A stretch of DNA of 64,000 nucleotides from Phycisphaeraceae bacterium (GCA_007693725.1 REDD01000139.1:1296-65295); one strand, 5' to 3'; positions 26,231 through 35,767 are shown, counted from the stretch's first letter. Notes: generated by a model not told the origin, from the sequence alone. Program-made: numbers and translations.

Positions 26231-28311
26231 GCCAGCCCGTACTCTGCCCATCGGCGCTCCACCAGCGCCCGCGTCGCATCATCGACGCGCAGGATCGGCG
26301 GCCAGTCCCGCACCGGCTCCCCGTTCGCCTCATCGCCTGGCATCTTCGGCGTCCCATCGAAGAACGCCCGCCCGCCGCCATCCGGCTCCACGAACATGTC
26401 GCGCCCCGCATCGCTGTGCGCGCACCACCGGAACAACGCGTTGTCCACATCCGAGAGGTCCGCATCCTCGCCCAGCGCGATCACGAACCGCGCCGGGGCC
26501 TCGCCCCCCATCCCGCGAATCGCCTCCAGCACGCGCTTCCCGTCGCCCCCCCGCTCCTTCCGCACCTTCACCAGCAGCCACAGCCGTCCAAGCACCTCCG
26601 GCATCACCGCATCGACGACACCCTCGATCCCTTTGATGCGCTCGACACACGCCGCGCTCTCATCAGCGCTCGCAACCGCCGGGACGCCATCACCGATCTC
26701 CATCCCCGAGTGCTCCTCGCCCGCCCACTTGGGCGTGCAGTCGAAGCCGATCTTCGTCCCGCTCCCCAGTCGCGGCGCGGCATGATCCAGAATGTCCAGC
26801 GGCCCCCGCACGCGCTCCACATCACGCGCCGGATGACAGCGCCCAGTCGCCTCCATCACCGCGCGCAGGTCGTGCACATCCACGCCCTCATCCACCACAA
26901 ACAGCGTCTTCGTCCAGGACATCTGCCCCGCGCCCCACACCGCGTGCATCACCCGGCGCGCCTGCAACGGATACTGCTTGCGGATCTTCAGGAACGCGCA
27001 GTTGTGGAACGCCCCGAACATCGGGAGGTCGTAGTCCTCGATGTCGTGGATCAGCGTCTTCAGCAGCGGCAGCATGATCCGCTCCGTCGCCTTCCCCAGA
27101 AAGTAATCCTCCTGCGGCGGAAGGCCCACGATCGTCGTCGGATAGATCGGATCGCGCCGATGCGTCACCGCCGTCACACGCAGAATCGGATACCGATCCG
27201 GCAGCGAGTAGAACCCCGTGTGATCGCCGAACGGACCCTCGAACACACCTCCCGGCCCCAGAGCACCATCAACCTTCGGATTCCAGCCGATGCCGCCCGC
27301 CTCCTCCGAGACATACCCCTCGATGACAATCTCCGCGTTCGCCGGAACCCACAGCGGCACCGTCTTCGCACGGCACATCGGAATCCCGCCCTTGTTCAGG
27401 TAGCCCGCCATCAGGAGTTCGCTGATCCCCGGCGGCAGCGGACAGGTCGCCGCGTAGGGCAACACGCTCTCGCCGCCCAGCACGATGGCCACGGGCATCG
27501 GCTCAGCGCGCTTCTTCCACGATCGCCAGTGCGCAGCGCCGTCGTGGTGCATGTGCCAGTGCATCGCCATCCGATCGCGCCCCAGCACCTGCACGCGGTA
27601 CATCCCGATGTTGTGGCTCTTGGGCTTGGGATTCCCCGCATCATCCGCGTGGATCGTGTGGATGCCCGCGAGCGTCACATACCGCCCGCGGATGTTCTCG
27701 TCCGTGGTATCCACCCCGGGTATTCCCTCGTTGACATCCGCGGGGTACCCGAGTGCCGCGAAGTCTCCATCGTGCTCCCAGCAGCGGATGATCGGCAGCC
27801 GTCGCACATCCAATGCCCCCTCCCGGTGCACAACCTCCTGACACACCCCGCTCCCCTTCAGCCGCTTCGGCCCGATCTTCAGAATCGGCGCAAACTGCTT
27901 CGCCTTCGCGAGCGCCTCGCCCAGACTCCGGGGCGGCTCCGGCTTCACCAACTCGCCGATCTTCGCCCCCACCGCATCGAACCCGCCCGGCGTGTGCCCG
28001 GGCGCAATACCCGCGCCCCCCTCATGACACCCCAGCGCCATCTCCATCCTCCGGTACGAGCCGAAGGCGTTGATCAGCACGGGGATATCGCTCCCCGCCA
28101 CATCCTCGAACAGCAGTGCCCGCCCCCCCCGATCCCAGAAACGGGGATCGTTCTGCTTCGCCGAGGCGCTCGGTGCGCCAGGGGCGGCACCCTTGCTCTC
28201 GCGATCCGCGATCGCCCCGATCTCCAGCAGCGGGCTGACTCCCACCCCGACTCGGCGCAGCTCCCCGCCCCGCTCCAACGCCTCCACGAATGCACGCACG
28301 GAACTGAACAT
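26227..28311 (-). CDS. UbiD-family decarboxylase (menaquinone/ubiquinone biosynthesis type)
   Basis: 'FEGPFGDHTGFYS', 'DPIYPTTIVGLPPQEDYFLGKATERI', 'HNCAFLKIRKQYP' and 'WTKTLFVVDEGVDVHD'. Start taken at 'MFSSVRAFVEALE' (ATG 28311). The ORF upstream of that is Cys/Arg/Gly-rich and looks non-coding. Confidence 0.85.
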   Translation of the reverse strand: MFSSVRAFVEALERGGELRRVGVGVSPLLEIGAIADRESKGAAPGAPSASAKQNDPRFWDRGGRALLFEDVAGSDIPVLINAFGSYRRMEMALGCHEGGAGIAPGHTPGGFDAVGAKIGELVKPEPPRSLGEALAKAKQFAPILKIGPKRLKGSGVCQEVVHREGALDVRRLPIIRCWEHDGDFAALGYPADVNEGIPGVDTTDENIRGRYVTLAGIHTIHADDAGNPKPKSHNIGMYRVQVLGRDRMAMHWHMHHDGAAHWRSWKKRAEPMPVAIVLGGESVLPYAATCPLPPGISELLMAGYLNKGGIPMCRAKTVPLWVPANAEIVIEGYVSEEAGGIGWNPKVDGALGPGGVFEGPFGDHTGFYSLPDRYPILRVTAVTHRRDPIYPTTIVGLPPQEDYFLGKATERIMLPLLKTLIHDIEDYDLPMFGAFHNCAFLKIRKQYPLQARRVMHAVWGAGQMSWTKTLFVVDEGVDVHDLRAVMEATGRCHPARDVERVRGPLDILDHAAPRLGSGTKIGFDCTPKWAGEEHSGMEIGDGVPAVASADESAACVERIKGIEGVVDAVMPEVLGRLWLLVKVRKERGGDGKRVLEAIRGMGGEAPARFVIALGEDADLSDVDNALFRWCAHSDAGRDMFVEPDGGGRAFFDGTPKMPGDEANGEPVRDWPPILRVDDATRALVERRWAEYGLA

Positions 28312-28406
28312 GCCCCATGGTACCTTGGGTTCTCGACCCACACCCCACAATCCATGCAACCAACGACACACTCTCCCCAACAACCCTCCGGAGGAAATCC
28401 CCCAAC

Positions 28407-29501
28407 ATGATCCAGAACGCCCCTCACAGCGATCTCGCCATCGACATCCGTAGCGTCGACAAACGCTACAAAGGCAAGGTCCACGCACTCCGCGGCATCG
28501 ATCTGACCGTCGGGCGCTCGGAGGTCTTCGGACTCCTCGGCCCCAACGGCGCGGGGAAATCCACGCTCGTCAAGATCCTCACCACCATCGTCCGTCCGAC
28601 GCACTGCGAGGGTCGCGTCCTCGGCAAACCCGTCGGACACAAGCCCACGCTCCGCACCGTCGGCTATCTCCCCGAGCACGCACGCTTCCCCGACTACCTC
28701 ACCGGCCGGCAGATCCTCGACTCCGCCGCGGCCATGACAGGCGTCCCCAGATCCGATGCACGCAAGCGCATCCCCCAGCTTCTCGACATCGTCGGCATGA
28801 CCGACTGGGCGAAGAAGAAGGTCACCACCTACTCCAAGGGCATGAAGCAGCGCATCGGCATCGCACAGGCCCTCATCAATGACCCCGAACTCGTTTTTCT
28901 CGACGAGCCGACCGACGGCGTCGATCCCGTCGGGCGGCGCGACATCCGCAACATCGTCCAGCAACTCCGCGATGAAGGGAAAACCGTCTTCCTCAACTCG
29001 CATCTCCTCTCCGAACTCGAGATGGTCTGCGACCGCGTCGCCATCCTCGTGCAGGGGCGCGTCGTCTCGCAGGGCACGATCGACGAACTCACACGCGATC
29101 AGGGCTACATCGAGATCGAGCTCCAAGCCATCGACGACGACCACCCGCACCCGCGCATGCTGGTCGAGTCCTCCGCACTCCTGCTCGCTTCCGAGACCAC
29201 ACCGACGGGCGAAGCCACGAGCATCGTCGCCAGTCGCGTGCGCACCGAGTTCATCCTTCCGTCCGGCGAGCCCGTCGAGATCAACAAGAACCGCATCCGC
29301 ATCCACACCGAAGAGCCCGGCTCCGTCCAGCCGCTCCTCGATGCGCTCCGTGCCCGCAACTGCATCATCCGATCGCTCCGCCCGCATCGACCGTCCCTCG
29401 AAGACCTCTTCATGAAGGCCGTGACCGACCCGACCACCGGCAAGGAACTCTCGCCCGGCGCCGGATCCGACAAGCCCGCTCGCAAAGGAGCCGCCCAATG
29501 A
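28407..29501 (+). CDS. ABC transporter ATP-binding protein (ABC-2 type) with a C-terminal extension
   Basis: Walker A 'GLLGPNGAGKST', signature 'YSKGMKQR' and Walker B 'LVFLDEPTDGVD'. ATG 28407 is preceded by GGAGGA. The ORF opens at 28317. Confidence 0.9.
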   Translation: MIQNAPHSDLAIDIRSVDKRYKGKVHALRGIDLTVGRSEVFGLLGPNGAGKSTLVKILTTIVRPTHCEGRVLGKPVGHKPTLRTVGYLPEHARFPDYLTGRQILDSAAAMTGVPRSDARKRIPQLLDIVGMTDWAKKKVTTYSKGMKQRIGIAQALINDPELVFLDEPTDGVDPVGRRDIRNIVQQLRDEGKTVFLNSHLLSELEMVCDRVAILVQGRVVSQGTIDELTRDQGYIEIELQAIDDDHPHPRMLVESSALLLASETTPTGEATSIVASRVRTEFILPSGEPVEINKNRIRIHTEEPGSVQPLLDALRARNCIIRSLRPHRPSLEDLFMKAVTDPTTGKELSPGAGSDKPARKGAAQ

Positions 29502-30670
29502 TCCTCCGCCAGACCGCCGCCATCTTCACCGACGCCTACCGCGAGCTGAACGCCAAGAAGCTCTTCTGGATCACGCTGCTCTTCTCGATCATCATCGTCG
29601 CCGCGTACGCGTGCTTCAGCATCGACGATCGCGGCGTCCACTTCCTCTGGTTCACGCTCCCCGGCACCGAGGAGTACGCCGCCAACATCAGCCCCGCGAC
29701 ATTCTTCAAAGTCTGGATGTACGCCATCGGCATCGGATTCTGGCTCACATGGGTCGCCACAATCCTCGCGCTCATCTCCACCGCGGGCATCTTTCCGGAT
29801 CTCCTCGCCAGCGGATCCATCGACCTCTACCTCTCCAAGCCCATCTCGCGCCTCCGCCTCTTCCTCACCAAGTTCCTCACGGGACTCCTCTTCGTCGCGG
29901 TGCAGGTCGGTGTCTTCGTCGTCGGCTGCCTGCTCGTGATCGGCATCCGCGCGAACGCCTGGGAATGGTCGCTCCTGCTCGCCATACCCATCGTCCTCGC
30001 CTTCTTCTCCTACCTCTACGCCATCTGCACGCTCTTCGGCATCCTGACACGCTCCACCATCACGGCACTGCTCCTGACGCTTGTCGCATGGTTCTGCTTC
30101 TTCGGCCTCAACACCGTCGATGAAGTCCTCCTCCAGGTCCGCTCGGATGCACAGGCGAACATCGAGTACGCACAGTTCCGGATCGCCGACAACGAAGCCC
30201 GTGCCCAAAGACTCCAGGCACGCATCGACAACGACACGGCCAATGAGCGGACCGAATCCCAGCTCGAATCCGTCAAGAGAACGCTCGACTCCTCGCACCT
30301 GGATCTCGAACGCTATCAGCGGACGCTCGACGGCGTCGAACCCTGGTACCAGCGCATCTTCCTCACGAAGACATTCTTCCCCAAGACCGGCGAAACCGTC
30401 GCTCTCCTCGAGCGCTACACCATCGAACTCGACGAAATCAAAGCCATGCTCCCACCCGAGCAGCGCGACACCGGAGACCTCAACCTCGAAGAACTCGGCT
30501 ACGCACAACCCGGACAAGCCACCACCGCCAGCGAAGTCGTGCCCGCCCGCATCCGTATCGAGATGGAGCGCCGCTCCCGCTCGCTGGCATGGGTCCTCGG
30601 CACATCGTTCGGCTTCACCGGCTTCATTCTCGGCATCGCAGCGTTCATCTTCTCGCGACGAGACTACTGA
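29498..30670 (+). CDS. ABC-2 type transporter permease with a long coiled-coil loop
   Basis: An ATGA stop/start overlap links it to the ATPase gene. It has 5 N-terminal TM segments, a ~130-aa charged helical region and a final TM. Confidence 0.75.
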   Translation: MILRQTAAIFTDAYRELNAKKLFWITLLFSIIIVAAYACFSIDDRGVHFLWFTLPGTEEYAANISPATFFKVWMYAIGIGFWLTWVATILALISTAGIFPDLLASGSIDLYLSKPISRLRLFLTKFLTGLLFVAVQVGVFVVGCLLVIGIRANAWEWSLLLAIPIVLAFFSYLYAICTLFGILTRSTITALLLTLVAWFCFFGLNTVDEVLLQVRSDAQANIEYAQFRIADNEARAQRLQARIDNDTANERTESQLESVKRTLDSSHLDLERYQRTLDGVEPWYQRIFLTKTFFPKTGETVALLERYTIELDEIKAMLPPEQRDTGDLNLEELGYAQPGQATTASEVVPARIRIEMERRSRSLAWVLGTSFGFTGFILGIAAFIFSRRDY

Positions 30671-30679
30671 TCCAGCCAG

Positions 30680-31495
30680 TCACTCCGGCAGCGCCGCCGG
30701 GGGCTCCTCGCTGAGCGGCTGATCGCCTCGCAAACGAAGCACCAAATCCGCCACGATCCGCGGGTCGCGATGCACATCCGCGTGCGACCACTCGAGCGGA
30801 CGATTCTGCACCCACCACAGCCGCCCACCCGGCGGCGCCGAGTTCGCCGGACCGACCGTCACATCACCCAAACGCACATACCCGTAGATCTCGTACGAGC
30901 CGTCGTAGCCCTCGTCGATCGCCGCCAGAAAATCCGAGCCGCGGCGCATCGCCCGGACCCGCGCATCGGTCGTCGGCCACGACGCCCGACTCGCCCCCCG
31001 GTGCGGCGTCGCGATCGTGTACAGATTGCGGATCCGCAGCCGCTTCCCGCCATCCGCGCACTCCAGCGCGCAGTACCGCGCGACCAAGCCGCCCATCGAG
31101 ATCCCGATCACATCCACCTCGACCGTCCACTCATCGTCATCGCTCGGATACGCACGCTCCACCGCACCGATCACCCGCGCACGCTTCGACTCCCACCGCG
31201 ACACCGAGAAATACGCCGGCGCAAGCACCGCCTTGCGATCGGGCGTGTACCGGCGCAGCTCCCGCTGCAGCCACGAAATCCCGAAGCCGAGATCCATCCA
31301 TCCCGAGAGCACCACCACCGGGCGCTCGAACTCCACACGCTCCTCGCGCATCTCCCGCAGCAAGCCCTGCGCCTCCGTCACGGTTACCGAAAAACTCGGG
31401 TTGATCGGCCGATCCGCGCTGCACCCAACCGGCACCACACCAACCGCAAGCACCATCCCAACCCAAAGCTTCACAGACACTCCCCGCCTCACCAT
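30680..31495 (-). CDS. alpha/beta-hydrolase (lipase/esterase-like) lipoprotein
   Basis: Start at 'MVRRGVSVKLWVGMVLAVGVVPVGC' (lipobox-like). Nucleophile elbow 'GISMGG'. It is a paralogue of the adjacent gene. The ORF extends to 31690 but would overlap that gene. Confidence 0.7.
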   Translation of the reverse strand: MVRRGVSVKLWVGMVLAVGVVPVGCSADRPINPSFSVTVTEAQGLLREMREERVEFERPVVVLSGWMDLGFGISWLQRELRRYTPDRKAVLAPAYFSVSRWESKRARVIGAVERAYPSDDDEWTVEVDVIGISMGGLVARYCALECADGGKRLRIRNLYTIATPHRGASRASWPTTDARVRAMRRGSDFLAAIDEGYDGSYEIYGYVRLGDVTVGPANSAPPGGRLWWVQNRPLEWSHADVHRDPRIVADLVLRLRGDQPLSEEPPAALPE

Positions 31496-31506
31496 CCCGA
31501 TCCTCC

Positions 31507-32175
31507 CTAATCCTTCAGCGGCGCACCGTTGCAGGACAACACCGGCTCGTTGCCGGTCAACCGCGCCGCGATATCGCCCAGAATCCTCCGATCCATCGTC
31601 ACGAGCAAGTGACTCATCGTGATCGGCGGCGGATCCAGCCAGATCGGCTCCATGTCCTCCGGCGCACTCTGCCGCGCTCCGACCCACCAATCCCGCGTCC
31701 GCCCGTAGCAGATCATCTCATACCCACGCCCGCCGCGCTCCCGCTCCGCCTCATCCAAACGCTCCAGAAACTCCGACCCCGCACGCATATCCCGCGAGGC
31801 ACCATCAATCGCCACCAAGCCCGCCAGCTTTGCTCCCCTGTGCGGCGACGACAGCGTGAACAGCCGCTTCACTCGCAACACATCGCCCCCGCCGTACAAT
31901 CCCACCGCCGCCGCGCGAGCCACCAATCCGCCCATCGAAACCGCCACCACATCCAACTCCTGCCCCACATCACCCCACCGCTCACGCACCACGCCCATCA
32001 CGCGACGTACCGCGCCCTCGAACGAACCGACCGTCGCGAATGAGCAACCTCCGAACCACTCCTCGTCCGCACCAGTCATGCTGCTCAGCGTCCGTGACAT
32101 CGACCACGACATCACCGGCCACGCACGCCAGCCGCTCAGGCACAACACCGGACGCTCCAGAACCGTCTTTTCCAA
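31507..32175 (-). CDS. alpha/beta-hydrolase (lipase/esterase-like), no signal peptide
   Basis: 'LDVVAVSMGGLVARA' (GxSxG-like 'AVSMGG'). It is collinear with 30680..31495 ('RPVLCLSGW', 'SSPHRGAKLA', 'MRAGSEFLERLDE'). Confidence 0.7.
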   Translation of the reverse strand: MEKTVLERPVLCLSGWRAWPVMSWSMSRTLSSMTGADEEWFGGCSFATVGSFEGAVRRVMGVVRERWGDVGQELDVVAVSMGGLVARAAAVGLYGGGDVLRVKRLFTLSSPHRGAKLAGLVAIDGASRDMRAGSEFLERLDEAERERGGRGYEMICYGRTRDWWVGARQSAPEDMEPIWLDPPPITMSHLLVTMDRRILGDIAARLTGNEPVLSCNGAPLKD

Positions 32176-32361
32176 GGCACACTCCCTACCCGATCATTCG
32201 GATTCTGCGGCTCTGTCTATCGTAGCCGTACAAATCGAATCTCTTGGGGTTTCCATGCCTCTCCGCACTGCTACTCAAGCGTGTTCGTTGTTATCACAGT
32301 GCATCTCTGCAGCAACCAAGTGTGCTGGAACGCGTTCGCGCACAAGATCTAATTCGATTCA

Positions 32362-34410
32362 TCACACGAGTTTCTGGCCGGGGAGGAGCGGCGGCGTCGG
32401 GACGCCCATGATGTCGGCGATGGCGCGGAGGAGTTCGGCCTCGGCCGGTGCGATGGCGTGGTCCGCGGCGACGGTGAGCGCGGCGGCGGTCAGGAGCTGC
32501 TGCTTGATCTTCGGAACCACACGGTTGAGTTCGGTGAGGGCGGTTTCGAGCTTTGCGAAGGAGCAGTCGGCGCGGTCGATGAGCGCGAGGTGGTCGAGGT
32601 TCAGGTGTGCCGCGCCGGTGGTGAAGGCGCGGGCGGCGTGGCGCTGCGCCTCATCGGGATTCGCGGACGGATCGGGTGCGCCGGCGTGGGCGAGCGTGGA
32701 GAGGAGCGTGCTGACCTCGGTGGTGAGACGAGCGAGGGAGTAGCAGTCGGGGGCGATGCGCTTTGACGGATTGAAGTGTTCGTCGAGGTGCTTCTCGACC
32801 ACGCGGAGGAGACACCACTCGAAAATATCGATGACGCCGTCCGCCTCGACCAGCGCCTGGAGGTTCGCGCGGAAGATTGCATACTGCTTCTCGGAGAGCG
32901 CGCCGAGACCGGGGAGGGCCAGATCCAACAGCGGGAGGCGGAGTGTGCGGTCGAGCTTGATGGCATCGGGTTCGAGCTTGCGCACGAGTTGGGTGATGGC
33001 GTGCTCGGCGTGGGAATCGAGGCGCTGGTACTGCTTGTCCCGGATGTCCGCGCGAGCATCGAGGAGTAGGGCGTGTACGACGGCGCGGGCGGAGTAGGGG
33101 TCGCGCGCGGCATCCTTCAGCGACTGCGGAATCGCATCGATGAGTCTGCGTGCGTGGTCGAGGTGGGCGGGTGTGGGTGAGCCGATGCCGGCGAGCAGCG
33201 GGAGCAGGATCGCCTGCTGCATCCTCGGTTCGCCGAGCGCGCCGAGTTTTTCGGAGACGGTCTCCTGCACGCGCTGGGCGGGGTGGCGTCGGTCTGGCCT
33301 TGCAGCATCAGCACGCTGCGCGACCCGGAGCGGAGCGAGCATCTTGCCGTCCCACGCCGGATAGATGCGCTTGATGCGCGCCGGAAGCGGCGGATGGGTG
33401 GCGAGGAAGTTCGAGGAGAGACCGGAAGCGAAGAACATGTGGTTGACCTCGGTGGCCATCTCGGAGCGGATCCGCCCGCCCCCGCCCCCGGAACCTCCCC
33501 CGGAATCGGATCCTCGCTTGGATGCGCCGCCGATGCGTCGGAGCGCGTTGGCGATGCCCTCGGGATTGCGCGTGAACTGCACCGCCGCGGCATCGGCAAG
33601 GAACTCGCGCTGCCTGCTGACGGCGGCCTGGATGATGCGGGACATCAGAACGCCGATGGCTCCGACGGCGATGAGCAGACCGCCGATGATCGCGATGGGG
33701 ATCCCGGCGTTGCGGCTATCGCGGCTGACCGCGCGCCCGTAGAAGGCCGAGCGCAGCATGATGTGCCCAATGATGGTGAGGAGGAGGATGCCGTTGAGGA
33801 GCCCGATCATGCGGATGTTCAGCCGCATGTCGCCGTTGAGGATGTGGCTGAACTCGTGAGCCATGACGCCCTGGAGTTCATCGCGTGTGAGTCCGTGCAC
33901 GCAGCCGTGGGTGACGCCGATGACGGCATCGCCGGTGGTGTATCCGGCGGCGAAGGCGTTGATGGCGGGCTCGTTCGGGAGGATGAAGACGGGCGGGATG
34001 GGGACGCCGGAAGCGATGGCCATTTCCTCGACGACATTGAGGACGAGCCGTTCGTCCGGGTCTTTGGTGTCGGGGTCGATGGGTTTGCCGCCGAGCGCGA
34101 GCGCGACGGCGAGGCCGCCGGAGCGGAGTTCGTTGATCCGGTAGGCGCTGCCGCCGGCGATGATGAGGCCGGTCATGCCGAAGCCGGCGAGACCGATCAG
34201 CGCGATCTGGAACATGGTCGGCTCGACGACGGTGTCCTCGTGGTAGGAGTTGTAGGTGAGCGTGCCTGCGCCGATGACCGCCGCGAGGATCCCGACGACC
34301 GAGCAGATCAGAAGGACGGAGAGCGTGTAGAGGATGATGAGCGTGCGCGTGCGTTTGCGCGCGGCATCCTGATGGCCGAAGAAATCCATCGTCTGGCGTG
34401 CGCTCTCCAT
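32362..34410 (-). CDS. M48-family zinc metallopeptidase with a long TerB-like C-terminal region
   Basis: 'MAHEFSHILNGD' (HExxH) sits between TM segments. The C-terminal ~300 aa carry two 'DG/DH-x-I-x3-E' TerB-like motifs ('EADGVIDIFEW', 'ADHAIAPAEAELLRAIADIMG'). Confidence 0.85.
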   Translation of the reverse strand: MESARQTMDFFGHQDAARKRTRTLIILYTLSVLLICSVVGILAAVIGAGTLTYNSYHEDTVVEPTMFQIALIGLAGFGMTGLIIAGGSAYRINELRSGGLAVALALGGKPIDPDTKDPDERLVLNVVEEMAIASGVPIPPVFILPNEPAINAFAAGYTTGDAVIGVTHGCVHGLTRDELQGVMAHEFSHILNGDMRLNIRMIGLLNGILLLTIIGHIMLRSAFYGRAVSRDSRNAGIPIAIIGGLLIAVGAIGVLMSRIIQAAVSRQREFLADAAAVQFTRNPEGIANALRRIGGASKRGSDSGGGSGGGGGRIRSEMATEVNHMFFASGLSSNFLATHPPLPARIKRIYPAWDGKMLAPLRVAQRADAARPDRRHPAQRVQETVSEKLGALGEPRMQQAILLPLLAGIGSPTPAHLDHARRLIDAIPQSLKDAARDPYSARAVVHALLLDARADIRDKQYQRLDSHAEHAITQLVRKLEPDAIKLDRTLRLPLLDLALPGLGALSEKQYAIFRANLQALVEADGVIDIFEWCLLRVVEKHLDEHFNPSKRIAPDCYSLARLTTEVSTLLSTLAHAGAPDPSANPDEAQRHAARAFTTGAAHLNLDHLALIDRADCSFAKLETALTELNRVVPKIKQQLLTAAALTVAADHAIAPAEAELLRAIADIMGVPTPPLLPGQKLV

Positions 34411-34439
34411 GCTGCGGCGGCTCCGTGTTCAGGTGCTGG

Positions 34440-35060
34440 TCAGTTGAAGCTGACTTTGGGCGCTTCCTGAATCTTCTCGGAGTCGGCGAATTCGAGGAGT
34501 GCGGCATTGGTGCCGTGGCCGAAGAACCCGGCGATGACGACCGGCGGGAAGGACTGGCGGTAGGTGTTGTAGGTCATGACCGAGTCGTTGTAGGCCTGTC
34601 GGCTGAAGGCGACCTTGTTCTCCGTCGAGGTGATCTCCTCCTGGAGGGAGAGCATGTTCTGGTTGGCCTTGAGGTCGGGGTAGGCCTCGACGACGGCCAT
34701 GAGTCGGCTCAGTGCGCCGGTGAGTGCGGTCTCAGCGCCTCCGAGGGCCTGCATCGCCGCGGGGTCACCGGGGTTCTTCGAGGCGGCGTTCAGCCCGCTG
34801 ACCGCCTGCGAGCGTGCGGCGATGACGGCTTCGAGCGTCTCACGCTCGTGGGTCATGTAGCCCTTGGCTGTCTCGACGAGGTTGGGGATGAGGTCGTAGC
34901 GGCGTTTGAGCTGGACCTCGATCTGGGCGAAGGCGTTCTGGAAGCGGTTCTTGAGGGCGACGAGCTTGTTGTAGATGCCGATGATGACGAGGAGAAGGAC
35001 GATGGAGATGACGACGGCGACCACGATGGCCGCGACGAGGATCAGCATGGGTGAAGTCAT
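34440..35060 (-). CDS. lemA: LemA family protein
   Basis: An N-terminal TM segment, then 'IYNKLVALKNRFQNAFAQIEVQLKRRYDLIPNLVETAKGY', 'HERETLEAV' and 'AYPDLKANQNMLSLQEEITSTENKVAFSRQAYND'. Start set at ATG 35060. The Pro-rich extension to 35249 uses A/T-ending codons. Confidence 0.9.
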   Translation of the reverse strand: MTSPMLILVAAIVVAVVISIVLLLVIIGIYNKLVALKNRFQNAFAQIEVQLKRRYDLIPNLVETAKGYMTHERETLEAVIAARSQAVSGLNAASKNPGDPAAMQALGGAETALTGALSRLMAVVEAYPDLKANQNMLSLQEEITSTENKVAFSRQAYNDSVMTYNTYRQSFPPVVIAGFFGHGTNAALLEFADSEKIQEAPKVSFN

Positions 35061-35132
35061 GGTGCGCTCCGTGTGAGGGGTGCGGGTGGACGCATCATAA
35101 GGTTTTGTAGCGGGGACGGTTGCCTGCGATGG

Positions 35133-35228
35133 CCGGAAGGGCGGCGGGGGTGGTTTTTGGGTCCTGCGGAAGGGCGGGGCGGGCGTTCGGAGTGGTATTT
35201 GGGAAAGGGGCGGGGGTGATTTCAGGGG
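35133..35228. repeat. three imperfect G-rich direct repeats in the lemA/PilZ divergent region
   Basis: 'GGAAGGGCGGCGGGGGTGGTTTTTGGG', 'GGAAGGGCGGGGCGGGCG..GTGGTATTTGGG' and 'AAGGGGCGGGGGTGATTTCAGGGG'. A G9 homopolymer follows at 35253-35261. Confidence 0.6.
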
Positions 35229-35356
35229 TTCTAGACCGAGAATCGTCAAGGCGGGGGGGGGACGGCCCGATATTCAGGTCATCGTCACAGAGCGGATCGT
35301 GCCGACAAGCCCACGGTCGGGCGTGCCGCGAGAGACGAGCATGGAGGCCGTCTGCC

Positions 35357-35767
35357 ATGAAACTGATGCGGCAGGAAATCGGCAGCGAGCGTCGTCGTCA
35401 TCCGCGGTATGTGCTTCCCTCGATGTATACGGCGGTGGCGGTTCGTCGTGCCGAGGAAACGGAGTTCCACCTGGCGGGACACGCTTACGATGTCTCGGTC
35501 GGTGGCATGCGCTTCGAGTTGGACGAGGCGATCGAACCGGGGACCTCGATCGGCGTCCGGCTTGAGTTGCCGGGCGCGGCATCGCTGCGTCTGATCGATC
35601 GTCGTCCGGTGCACATCATCGGGAATGTTGTGTGGCTGGAGGAAGACGATCTGGACACGCCGGGTCCGGTGCGGATGGCGTGCGTGTTCCGTCGCTTCCC
35701 GATGCCCGGCGACAAGGAGCGGCTGGCGGCGCGTCTGCGCTCGGGTCGCTTCTCGCTGGCTGCGTGA
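35357..35767 (+). CDS. PilZ-domain protein (putative c-di-GMP receptor)
   Basis: 'ERRRHPRY' (RxxxR) and 'DVSVGGMRF' (D/NxSxxG) at the expected spacing. Start at ATG 35357; the ORF upstream of it is Gly/Arg-rich. Confidence 0.7.
   Translation: MKLMRQEIGSERRRHPRYVLPSMYTAVAVRRAEETEFHLAGHAYDVSVGGMRFELDEAIEPGTSIGVRLELPGAASLRLIDRRPVHIIGNVVWLEEDDLDTPGPVRMACVFRRFPMPGDKERLAARLRSGRFSLAA

Noticed and set aside
25444-28410. A 988-aa plus-strand ORF antisense to the UbiD-family gene.
   Set aside because: It has the same shadow-ORF signature (R/P/H/A-rich, no motifs), while the opposite strand encodes clear UbiD motifs.
35061-35249. A proline-rich 63-aa N-terminal extension of LemA ('...TPAPPFRRTQKPPPPPFRPSQ...').
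   Set aside because: Its codons are unusually A/T-ending (cta, aaa, tca, caa, ata, cca, aca, tat). The apparent PPPF repeat is just the reverse translation of the G-rich intergenic DNA repeats. LemA proteins normally begin at the TM helix, as with ATG 35060.
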